Below the pieces are notes generated by a model, which saw nothing but the letters and a program-made list of their open reading frames with translations, searched no databases and had not been told where the DNA came from. DNA of 64,000 nucleotides from a virus (lineage: Duplodnaviria > Caudoviricetes), in the IMG/VR virus record IMGVR_UViG_3300017585_000267, positions 1 to 64,000 of that record; one strand, 5' to 3'. Of the stretch, positions 1 to 9,300 are shown one piece after another. The number at the start of each line of letters is the position of its first letter. Position 1 is the first letter of the stretch. The position numbers were made by a program, and so were the translations under genes.

Positions 1-582
1 CTCAACGGCACCGGCGATGGGTCGGTGAGCAAGGCCGTCAGCGACGGCATCGCCTCCGTGGTGGCCGACGCCCCCGCGTCCTTCGACACCCTCAAGGAGA
101 TCAGCGACTGGATCAGCGAGCACGCCGACAGCGCCGCCGCGATGAACACCGCCATCCAGACCAACGCGGCCAACATCGCCAAGAAGCAGGACGCCCTCAC
201 CGACGCACAGCTCGCCGCAGCCAACTCCGGCATCACCGCCGATAAGGTGGCCACCTACGACGGCTACGCCGCGCAGATAACGGCGAACAAGGTGACCGTG
301 GACTCCGCCCTCAGCTCGACCTCCACGAACCCCGTGCAGAACAAAGTAATCAACACTGCACTTGCAGGGAAGCAGGCAACTTTGACTACTGCACAACTTG
401 CAGCCGCTAACTCCGGTATCACCGCTGCTAAGGTGACTACCTATGACGGGTATGCATCGCAGATTTCTGCAAAGCAGGACGCTCTCTCGTCCGACGACGC
501 TACCTTCACCTCCGGCGTGATGACCATCAACACCGCCACCACCGCCGAGATCGAGGCCATGGTGTCCGCGATGGACTTCTAA
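1..582 (+). CDS. Tail fibre/structural protein, C-terminal part (runs in from the window edge)
   Basis: Frame is open from position 1. Contains the APASFDTLKEISDWI motif typical of phage tail fibres, a repeated KQxxLTxAQLAAANSGITAxKVxTYDGY unit and a VDSALSSTSTNPVQNKV module. Confidence 0.75.
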   Translation, partial: LNGTGDGSVSKAVSDGIASVVADAPASFDTLKEISDWISEHADSAAAMNTAIQTNAANIAKKQDALTDAQLAAANSGITADKVATYDGYAAQITANKVTVDSALSSTSTNPVQNKVINTALAGKQATLTTAQLAAANSGITAAKVTTYDGYASQISAKQDALSSDDATFTSGVMTINTATTAEIEAMVSAMDF

Positions 583-672
583 AAAGGCTGGCAGTCCGCC
601 CGTGCCGCGTCCGCGACGAGCGGGGCGGCATGGGGCTGACGGCCATCCATAACTACTTAACTACGACGGCTC

Positions 673-843
673 ATGGCTCTCACTGTGTCAGGCAACGCAA
701 TACAGTCAACCGACACCATCCTCTTCAACGGCAACGCTGTTAAGACTGGCACGTTCCGCATACCATCGACTGGCTCGTACTCATATACAAGCGATGATGG
801 AAGTGGTGGTATTCCTAACGGATGGACTGTAGTCTCAGTATAG
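673..843 (+). CDS. 56-aa mini-gene, probable internally deleted tail/adhesin remnant
   Basis: Translated by hand: MALTVSGNAIQSTDTILFNGNAVKTGTFRIPSTGSYSYTSDDGSGGIPNGWTVVSV*. The N-terminus parallels that of ORF 2947 (MALTVGG...TFNGNAVK). Confidence 0.6.
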   Translation: MALTVSGNAIQSTDTILFNGNAVKTGTFRIPSTGSYSYTSDDGSGGIPNGWTVVSV

Positions 844-850
844 ATATTGG

Positions 851-2179
851 ATGCAAATGGCTGACAACCACAAGTTCATAACCAGTGAGTCGCTATCGTC
901 CTTCGCGACGTCGTTGTCAGAGCTGCTCAAGAAGAGGCTCCAGGAAATCAGCGTCGACCTGCACGACGTGCCCGACCCGGTGGATGACGGTGACGCTGTG
1001 AACAAGAAGTATGTGGATGACACGGTGAACGCCATGTTGTCCACATACGTCGATGCCGTGCTGACACTTGTTGACGGTACGACGGTCACCAAGCAGGTGC
1101 TCGTGGTGAGCAAGGTGCCCTGCACCGGACTGTCGCTCGACAGCTCGTCAATCACGATTAAACAGGGCGACTTCAAGCTGCTGACCGCCACGAAGACGCC
1201 GTCCGACACTACCGACAAGGTAGGCTGGACGACGTCGGACAACACGGTGGCGACCGTGGACGAGGGCGTGGTGACGGGCGTCGGGCAGGGCTCCTGCACT
1301 GTGACGGCGACCTGCGGCGACCAGTCCGCGTCGTGCGCCGTGGAGGTGTCCGGCGTCGAGGAGGTCGAGTGCACGTACATCGGCGCGAAGGACTTTGACT
1401 GGACCAACGGCATCACGATAGACATGACGGCGGACGGGACTGTCACGAAGACGGTCAACGTGAAGCCGGGCGACTTCCAGTCCACCCCGGAGGTGACGGT
1501 GGCGGACGAGGGCGTCTGCCGTTGCACCTCGGTGGAGAGGGGCGACGACGAGCAGTGGTACGACTCAGACACAGGCGGCTACGAGACGGTGCAGGCGTGG
1601 AAGCTGACGTTCGAGGCCGTGGCGAGTGGGATGACGACCTTCACGGTGAAGTGCTCCCCGAAGGAGGCGACGTTCCCCATCTCTGTGAACGACGGCGAGA
1701 AGGCGAAGGAGGAGGCGTCCACCTCGTTCGACGCGTCCTCGCAGACGGTCGTCGCGAAGGTGAACGTGTCCACCTGCAACAACAGGCAGGAGTGCGTGCT
1801 GTACGTGGGCGACAGCGGCGGCTACGACGGCTGGGGCAAGACGGACACCGGCAAGGTCGTGGTGTATGTGTATTACTACAAGAACGACAGGAAGCTGGAG
1901 ACGTCGGTGACGACGTGGGGCGCGTGCAGGAACGCCTCGGTGAACACCAACACGCTGAGCGCCTCGCAGGTCGGCGAGCTGACGTTCACGTTCGACTCCG
2001 ACGGCTACAAGATACAGGACGCCGCCGGGAACACCTTCAGGGAGGTGCTGTGGTCGGAGTGCAGCATCGAGGACGGCAACATGATGCCATCGTCGCTCTA
2101 CGTGGGCTACGGTGCGGACGGCTGCCCGACGAATGCCACATATGGCGATCCCTGGTATGAGATAAATGACAACGGATAA
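851..2179 (+). CDS. Ig-like (Big_2) domain structural/tail protein
   Basis: DAVNKKYVD fibre motif, followed by a Big_2-type segment (WTTSDNTVATVDEGVVTGVGQGSCTVTATCG). Confidence 0.75.
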   Translation: MQMADNHKFITSESLSSFATSLSELLKKRLQEISVDLHDVPDPVDDGDAVNKKYVDDTVNAMLSTYVDAVLTLVDGTTVTKQVLVVSKVPCTGLSLDSSSITIKQGDFKLLTATKTPSDTTDKVGWTTSDNTVATVDEGVVTGVGQGSCTVTATCGDQSASCAVEVSGVEEVECTYIGAKDFDWTNGITIDMTADGTVTKTVNVKPGDFQSTPEVTVADEGVCRCTSVERGDDEQWYDSDTGGYETVQAWKLTFEAVASGMTTFTVKCSPKEATFPISVNDGEKAKEEASTSFDASSQTVVAKVNVSTCNNRQECVLYVGDSGGYDGWGKTDTGKVVVYVYYYKNDRKLETSVTTWGACRNASVNTNTLSASQVGELTFTFDSDGYKIQDAAGNTFREVLWSECSIEDGNMMPSSLYVGYGADGCPTNATYGDPWYEINDNG

Positions 2180-2191
2180 ACTTATAAGGCA

Positions 2192-2935
2192 ATGGCATCA
2201 TTCATAGACAAGACGGGGCTACAGTCGTTCGCGACCGCCCTTGCGGCGAAGCTCAAGACGTCGCTGGCTGCCAAGCAGGACAAGCTGACAGCAGGGACGA
2301 ACGTTACGATCAGCGGGACGACGATCTCCGCGAAGGACACGACCTATAGCGCGGCCACCACCAGTGCCGCAGGCTTAATGTCGGCCTCGGACAAGAGCAA
2401 GCTGGACGCGATAGCATCGGGCGCGACGGAGACGACCGTCGACACGGCACTGAGCAGCACGTCGACCAACCCCGTGCAGAACAAGGTGGTGAACTCGGCA
2501 TTGGCTGGCAAGCAAGCCACGCTGACGGCGGGCGACAACATCACCATAAGCGGGACTACCATCAGCGCGAAGGACACGGTGTACACCCTCCCTGCGGCCA
2601 CGTCGTCGGCACTTGGCGGCGTCAAGGTGGGCTATACGGCAAGTGGCAAGAACTATCCCGTGAAGCTTGACTCCAGCAACAACGCTTATGTCAACGTGCC
2701 GTGGACTGACAACAACACGACCTACAGCGCGGCGACGCAGAGCGCGGCTGGGCTCATGTCGGCATCCGACAAGAAGAAGCTCGACGGGGTTGCGAGCGGG
2801 GCGACGGCGGTGTCCGTCGACTCGGCTGTGTCCACGACCTCCACGAACCCAGTGCAGAACAAGGTCATCACGTCCTACGTGCAGGGCATCTTCTCGTATG
2901 ACTCCTCCACGCAGACGCTCACGATAACGGTATAG
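2192..2935 (+). CDS. Tail fibre repeat protein
   Basis: Repeats of KQxxLTAGxNxTISGTTISAKDT, YSAATxSAAGLMSASDKxKLD and VDxAxSxTSTNPVQNKV, plus YTLPAATSSALGGVKVG. Confidence 0.75.
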   Translation: MASFIDKTGLQSFATALAAKLKTSLAAKQDKLTAGTNVTISGTTISAKDTTYSAATTSAAGLMSASDKSKLDAIASGATETTVDTALSSTSTNPVQNKVVNSALAGKQATLTAGDNITISGTTISAKDTVYTLPAATSSALGGVKVGYTASGKNYPVKLDSSNNAYVNVPWTDNNTTYSAATQSAAGLMSASDKKKLDGVASGATAVSVDSAVSTTSTNPVQNKVITSYVQGIFSYDSSTQTLTITV

Positions 2936-2946
2936 GAGGGAGGCTC

Positions 2947-5160
2947 ATGGCACTGACGGTAGGCGGAAGCTCCGTGCCGTCCTCGGGCACGGTCACGTTC
3001 AACGGGAACGCGGTGAAGAAAGTAATGTTCGGCGACACCGAGGTGTGGCCAGGTGTGGTCTTGGTGACCGGCGTCACGGTCAGCCCGTCCACGCTCAGCA
3101 TCTACGCCGGGCACACGTCCACGCTGACGGCGACGGTCACGCCGTCGGACGCGGACGACACCTCCGTCACGTGGTCCTCGTCGAACACGTCAGTCGCCAC
3201 CGTCAGCACGGCTGGCTTGGTGACAGCCAAGAAGGCCGGGAGCTGCACCATAACGGCGACGGCATCCAGCGGCGTGACGGCCACCTGCGCCGTCACCGTC
3301 AAGGCCGTGACCGTGACCGGCATCAGCGCCGACGTAAGCAGCGTTTCAATCAACGTGGGCGGCACGTACACGGCGCACAACTGCATAATCTACTACTCCG
3401 ACGGCACGAGCAACACGAATGCGTGGAGTATAGCCAGCTGGTCTAGTTCGGACACCTCCGTGGCTACGGTGACCGGCAGAACGATAACTGGCATTGGCAT
3501 AGGCACCTGCTATGGCTACTGCTCGTACGGCGGTTATTCGGATTGGTTCAACATCGTCGTCAGCGCCGTGGAGGCGACATCCGTCACGCTCGACAGCTCG
3601 TCGATGAGCCTGGAGGTGGGCGACACAGGCTCGCTCTCCGCGACCGTGAAGCCGTCCAACGTGACCGACCCGACCGTGGAGTGGAGCTCGTCCGACAGCT
3701 CCGTGGCCACGGTGGACTCCTACGGCAACGTAACGGCGGTGGGTGTGGGCTCATGCACCATCACAGCCACCTGCGGCAGCAAGAGCGCGTCCTGCTCAGT
3801 GACCGTGACGAGGACTCTCACGGGCATCACGCTGTCCCCCTCAAGTGAGACAGTCACCAAGGGCGACAGCGTCTCCCTCACCGCCACCGCCAATTACAAC
3901 GACGGCAGCACCGAGGACGTGACCTCCGGGGCGACGTGGAGCTCGTCCGACACGTCCAAGGCGACCGTCAGCGACGGCACGGTGCTCGCCTTCGCGGTGG
4001 GCTCGGCCACGATAACTGCGAGCTACGGCGGCTTCTCTGACACCTGCGCGATAACCGTCGAGAACCCGATGACCGGGCTCAGCCTCTCCTCCTCGAGCGA
4101 GACGGTGGCCAAGAGAAGCAGCGTGTCTCTGACGGCCACGGCGACCTACGCCGACGGCTCGACGGCTGACGTCACCTCGTCCGCCACGTGGACTTCCTCC
4201 TCGGACGACTTCGCGACGGTGAGCGGCGGCACCGTGACAGGCGTCCAAGTCACAACCTCGTCGGTGAAGATAACCGCCAAGTACGGAGGGTTCAGCGACT
4301 ACTGCATGGTGGTCGTGGAGAGCCCGTCGGTGACGAAGCTAACCATCTCCTCGTCGCCCGTGTATGTAGCTGTCGGCGAGACGGCTGAAATCTCGCTCAC
4401 GGCGACCTACGCCGACGGCTCGACAGAGGATGTCGCTGCACTCGCCACGTGGTCGTCAGCGAACACGTCCATCGCCACCGTCAGTGGCGGGACGGTGACC
4501 GGCGTAAGGGCTTCAAGCTCAGGCGTGACCATTACCGCGAGCTACGGCGGCAAGTCGAATAGCTGCGCCGTCGCCGTGGTGGCCAGGCTGACGGACCTCA
4601 CCGTGTCGCCGTCGAGCAGCGACGTCCCTGTCGGAGGCACGGTCTCGCTGACCGCCACCGCGACCTTCCAGGACGGCTCGACCAAGGACGTGACATCCTC
4701 CGCCACGTGGAGCACTTCGAGCTCGTCCGTGGCGACCGTAAGCAAGGGCACCGTGACAGGCGTCAAGAAAGGCTCGGCCACGATAACCGCGACATACAAA
4801 GTCACTTATGGCAGCAGCTACTCCGACAGCTATTCGGACACCTGCCTCATATCAGTGGGTTACACGACCATTGCCATCACCGGGCTCAAGATAGCAGCCG
4901 GAGCCACCTCCGTCGATGTCGCGGAGACGACCGTTGTCACCCCCTCGCTGGTTTACAGCGACGGAACCACGAAGGCGATTCCTGGCTCCGATGTCACATG
5001 GTCATCGTCATCTGATGCGTTGGAAATCAACGACAACGGGGTTGTATGTGGCATCGCTGAGGGCAGTACGAGAATAACCGCGGCATACATCGACTCCGAT
5101 GGAATGTCGTATCTGTCGAACACAATAAAGATAACTTGTAGCGGACAACTGTATTATTGA
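2947..5160 (+). CDS. Multi-Big_2 (about 8 Ig-like repeats) virion adhesin/decoration protein
   Basis: Tandem ~85-aa repeats with the WSSSxxSVATVSxGxVTxVxxGSxTITA pattern. Confidence 0.85.
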   Translation: MALTVGGSSVPSSGTVTFNGNAVKKVMFGDTEVWPGVVLVTGVTVSPSTLSIYAGHTSTLTATVTPSDADDTSVTWSSSNTSVATVSTAGLVTAKKAGSCTITATASSGVTATCAVTVKAVTVTGISADVSSVSINVGGTYTAHNCIIYYSDGTSNTNAWSIASWSSSDTSVATVTGRTITGIGIGTCYGYCSYGGYSDWFNIVVSAVEATSVTLDSSSMSLEVGDTGSLSATVKPSNVTDPTVEWSSSDSSVATVDSYGNVTAVGVGSCTITATCGSKSASCSVTVTRTLTGITLSPSSETVTKGDSVSLTATANYNDGSTEDVTSGATWSSSDTSKATVSDGTVLAFAVGSATITASYGGFSDTCAITVENPMTGLSLSSSSETVAKRSSVSLTATATYADGSTADVTSSATWTSSSDDFATVSGGTVTGVQVTTSSVKITAKYGGFSDYCMVVVESPSVTKLTISSSPVYVAVGETAEISLTATYADGSTEDVAALATWSSANTSIATVSGGTVTGVRASSSGVTITASYGGKSNSCAVAVVARLTDLTVSPSSSDVPVGGTVSLTATATFQDGSTKDVTSSATWSTSSSSVATVSKGTVTGVKKGSATITATYKVTYGSSYSDSYSDTCLISVGYTTIAITGLKIAAGATSVDVAETTVVTPSLVYSDGTTKAIPGSDVTWSSSSDALEINDNGVVCGIAEGSTRITAAYIDSDGMSYLSNTIKITCSGQLYY

Positions 5161-5301
5161 TAATGAAGGCACTTGGGAAGATACTGGAGAGGATGAGGTT
5201 CGAGTCCGCCTACAGGTGGATCTCGGTGCAGGGCTGCCTGTACGTGCCGAGGCTGATGCAGGCGCAATCCTTACATCGGCTTCACGTACCACTTTAATGT
5301 C

Positions 5302-5309
5302 TATATTTG
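5302..5309 (+). promoter_or_regulatory. Bacteroidota-type -7 promoter element (TATATTTG)
   Basis: Matches TAnnTTTG, 29 nt upstream of ORF 5338. Confidence 0.5.
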
Positions 5310-5337
5310 TAGAAACCAATCTTAAACAACGCTTGCT

Positions 5338-5757
5338 ATGAACACAACCAAGCTCAAGAACGCGGGCAACCTCGCCCTGTTCATCTCGTGGGTCATCGGG
5401 CTCGCGATCCTCGTAATTGGCTCCACCGGCCACGTCGGCTGGTGCTTCCTCGTCCTCGTCATCGGGGTGGTGCTCTCCATCATCCTCAACGGCAAGTACG
5501 AGTCCGTGGTACTCAAGGGCATCGAGTCCTTGCAGAAGGAGGTCGAGAGCTTCACCAACAAGCTCTCCTCCAGCGGCAAGTCACTCGAGAAGGCGCAGTC
5601 GGAGGCTTCCAGCCTCACGTCCAAGCTCGCCGACAAGGACACGGAGATAGCCGAACTCAAGGCCAAGGTAGCCGAGTACGAGGCGGCAGCCAAGGCGGAC
5701 GTGGCCGTGGAGGCCTCCACCGAGTCTGGCAAGAAGAAGTCCTCGAAGAAGAAGTAA
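5338..5757 (+). CDS. Membrane protein with two TM helices, coiled coil and basic tail
   Basis: Two hydrophobic segments in residues ~10-50, a heptad-like region and a KKKSSKKK end. Confidence 0.7.
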   Translation: MNTTKLKNAGNLALFISWVIGLAILVIGSTGHVGWCFLVLVIGVVLSIILNGKYESVVLKGIESLQKEVESFTNKLSSSGKSLEKAQSEASSLTSKLADKDTEIAELKAKVAEYEAAAKADVAVEASTESGKKKSSKKK

Positions 5758-5781
5758 GGGACTTACCTTCGGCAAGAAAAC

Positions 5782-5815
5782 AGGGGCGCAGGGCTTCTCA
5801 GCCGTGCGCCCCTTT
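5782..5815 (+). terminator. Intrinsic terminator
   Basis: AGGGGCGCA...TGCGCCCCT stem followed by a short T run, just after ORF 5338. Confidence 0.6.
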
Positions 5816-5944
5816 CCCATTCAGCGTAGCCTTGGACGAGAGCCGTCCCCAGCGCAATTCCGCAAAGAAAACAATAAAAACAATATTTATTAACGTTTGC
5901 ATGGCTGGGCGCAACCCCTGCGCCCGTGATGCGATGCACCGACG

Positions 5945-6274
5945 ATGGCCCTGAACGAACTGGAGGGAACCCCATTCACGCTCCTGGACTATGACATACA
6001 GAGGGATGCGAAGGAACAGCCGAACTGGATAAAGTGTCTCATAGTGTTGCCTGAAGTACAGGACGGCAAGCCTACTGGGAAGACCATGGTACGGGAGTTC
6101 CACGGGAACTACAGGGGACTTTATGACTGGATTTTGGAGGTGGAGAAGGCCTTTCCAGACAAGACCTTCCTTCCCATGGAGAATGCCTCCATAGTCAATC
6201 AATGCGGCTATATGTTTGAGGGAAGCTCAAACAGGATGAACTACATCGAGGACTGGGACTCGAGGCGAGCCTGA
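5945..6274 (+). CDS. Hypothetical protein, possibly N-terminally truncated
   Basis: Phage-like codon usage. NWIKCLI, REFHG and NQCGY motifs. In-frame D-A-P-T immediately upstream, preceded by a stop. Confidence 0.65.
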   Translation: MALNELEGTPFTLLDYDIQRDAKEQPNWIKCLIVLPEVQDGKPTGKTMVREFHGNYRGLYDWILEVEKAFPDKTFLPMENASIVNQCGYMFEGSSNRMNYIEDWDSRRA

Positions 6275-6284
6275 ACGACACTTG

Positions 6285-6320
6285 AAAAAAATAAGGGGCG
6301 GAGGTTTCCCGCCCCTTGTT
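6285..6320. terminator. Bidirectional terminator between the convergent tail and virion-RNAP modules
   Basis: A-run plus AAGGGGCGG...CCGCCCCTT hairpin between convergent stop codons. Confidence 0.75.
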
Positions 6321-6322
6321 CG

Positions 6323-9300
6323 TTACCTTATCTTCCTGCCGTACTCATAGCCGCTTGCGGCCTCATACGGATGCTGGAATGTATAGAAGCTCCTGTAATA
6401 GGGAATCAGCCTCTGCGTCTTCTTCCAGGCCTTCATGTCCCCAGCTTCGTACATGCCCTCCTTCGAGCTCTGGTAATAGAGGTCGGAGTTCTTGTACTTG
6501 TCGCTGCTGTTGTTGAACGCCTCGTTGTAGGCCGTCCTTGCATACAGCGCCCCGAGCTCCAGCATCGTGAACGAACCGCTCAAGCCGATAGGTTTCCAGT
6601 CGAGCATGGAGCCCATCTCATTGTCGATTCCCCTCAAGGTATTGAACGCGGACTGTTCCCTGAGCCACCTCATGACAAAATAGTAGGCGATGCCCGCGCC
6701 GATGTTGGACTCAGAGTCGTCGTCGTCCCCAGCAAGTGGCCCGTTTGGCGCGAGGAGCATCTTGAGGAGCATAAGGGCCTCGATCAGAAGGAAGTCGGTT
6801 CCCATCCTCTTCATGTTGTAGAACTGGGTCTCCGAGAACCCTTCCTTCATCATGTCCGCCCTCACCTTGTCCTGGAACTTCCTGTTGAACAGTCCATACA
6901 GGCCAGCCGCGACACCCACTCCCGCAAGGGCGGCCAGGGGGACAGCCATTGAGCCAGCGAAGAACCACTCCCCAATGGTGACTGGGATCCCAGTGAACAT
7001 GCCGCCCATGAACAGGCCCTCCCTTGCGGCCTTCCATGATGACTGTCCTCTTATGGAAGCCATGACCTTGAGCGCCGTGTTGAAGGTGCCCTCGGTGTTC
7101 CTTTGCTGGAAGATGTTGTACCTGTTGTTCCCGAACCTACGGTTGACCATGCCGAGGGCATATCCCTTCATGGCCATCCACAGGTTGCCCACGATGTTCT
7201 GCTGAAGGACCACCTTGTCCTCCTGGTTGTAGATGCCGTGGAGCCTGTTGGTGATGTTCCTCGCCTTGTCCATGAACATGGACTCGTCGTCCTCATTGTA
7301 ATGGTAGTCATGGGTCTTTGAAGTGAGGGCGGTCTTCAGGGAAGCAAGCTCCTTTGCGGTGGCCTCGCCTGCGGTGGCAAGTGAGGGTGTCAGGAAGCCC
7401 TCCTCTTCAAGGTACTTAATCTCATCGTCGGTCAGCTCAAGGTGCGCCTTGTGGCTGTTCTTGATGTTGGGGTTGCGCTCGAAGATGTCGCTTATCTTGT
7501 TTATAACCGCAATGGCCTTCCTGTACTTGAGGATTTCCTCGGGACCCCTGAACACGTCGTCCCTCAGGACAAGCCTCTTTGGGGTGTTGCCAAGCTTCCT
7601 CTTCTTGATTGCCGTCATTATGGCCTTGGGGCTTTCGCCCTCAAGGTCGTTGGCCGCAAGGAACTCAAGCTCCTCGTCGGTGTACTCGGCCAAGGTCCCC
7701 ATGTCGGTGGCGGCCTTGGTCTTCCTCAGGATTTCCTCGATGATGCCGGACTCCTCTGCCCTGAATACCTCCTCCCCGTCGACTACGCTGTACGCGTCCA
7801 TCAGCTTTATGGGGTTGCCCTCGGAGTCATACACGGTTACCGTGTTGGCCAGGGCGAAGTAGGGGATGGTCTGCATATAGTGGTCACCTGTGGAGTATGG
7901 AAGCATCAGCGACTGGTCCATGAACCTCCAAATGCCATAGTCGTTCTTGAACATACCCCTCTGGTCGAAGGACTGGCCCCTCAGGAAGTCCCTGTTCTCC
8001 CCGAGGATGTTCCAGTGCCTTATCCACAGGCTCACCTTGTCGTCCTTCCTCTGCTTGTACCCCTGTACGAACGAGTCAATTACGTTGCTGAAGTACAGCT
8101 TGTTCGCGGCGTTCACGTCACTGATCCCGAAGTGCTCCCCGGCAAGGGCCTCCTTGAGGATCTCGTTTATGCCCGTCCCCGTGTTGACTATGCCGCCGGC
8201 CACGTTTCCTCCCAGGAGTATCCGGGAGCCCAGGGCTGACAGGCTGTTGAGGAACTTGATGAAGCCGTTCTTGCCAAACTTCGGGGGAGTCACGTTGATT
8301 CCGTAGACGTTCTTCTCTATGAACTTTATGAACCTCCCGTATGCCCTGCTCTCGCTGGGTCTCTCGGACTCCTTCACGCCTGCCACCTCACGCCTCTTGA
8401 GGACGTCCTTGGCCACTCCGAACACGTCGACATACTGCTTCATCGCGAAGAATGAGGATGCCATGGAACCGTATGCCATCATTGTCCCGAAGAGGTCCGT
8501 GGAGAGGTCGTCCATGTTGCGGAGCTTGTTCACCCCGAACACAGGAAGCCTGTCCCTGCTCTCCTTCTCATAGAACGCGGGACTCTGCGTCGGATCCTCC
8601 TCAAGCTCGTTGAACTCGTTGTTGGTCCCGAAGAGGTATCCCTCGTCGTCCCTTACGTTCCACATCTCGGCGACCTTCATCCTGAGGATGCGGCCACCTG
8701 CCGACAGCCATCCCTCGCCGGTCCTCTGCCTCAGGTTCTCAATCCTGTGGGAGAACCGCCCTACCATCTGGGGGGCCCTAGTGGGCACAGTGGCTCCGGC
8801 GGGAAGCAGCCCGTCCATGTCAGACTTGACCTCGAGGAGGTGCTTGTACCACACGAGCTGCCCCTTCCTCTGTTCAACCTCCTCCTCGCTCAGTCCGGGG
8901 TTCCCTGTGTCGAACAGTTCGTCCCATTGCGGGTTGTGATACTTGCTTGCCTTGGGGATCCATCTCTTGCTGGCGTCCTTCTCAGAGTGTTCCTTGTGCC
9001 ACTGGTTCCACAGGGGCTCGACGAAGTTGTACCTCAGCATGGCTATCTGGTTTTGGGTGAGGGAGTACACCTCCCTGGCACCCTTGTTTTCCTCATAGAA
9101 CTTTTTCCTCTTCTCCGCAAGGTACTCGTTGAACCTCCTGTCGAGGTCCTTCTTGAACAGCTTCCTGTCACGCTCCCAGGCGCCGTAGTTCACCCCGGTC
9201 TCAGATATAAGGTTGCCTGTCTTCACCATCCTTCCAGTGGGGTTGCCGTCCTCGTCATACTCCTCGGCGAGCTCGAAGAACCTGCCGCAGTCGGTGTCCC

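Noticed and set aside
1-6274. Active DGR or invertible shufflon in the tail locus
   Set aside because: No reverse transcriptase, no TR/VR pair differing at adenines, no recombinase, and no inverted cassettes were seen.
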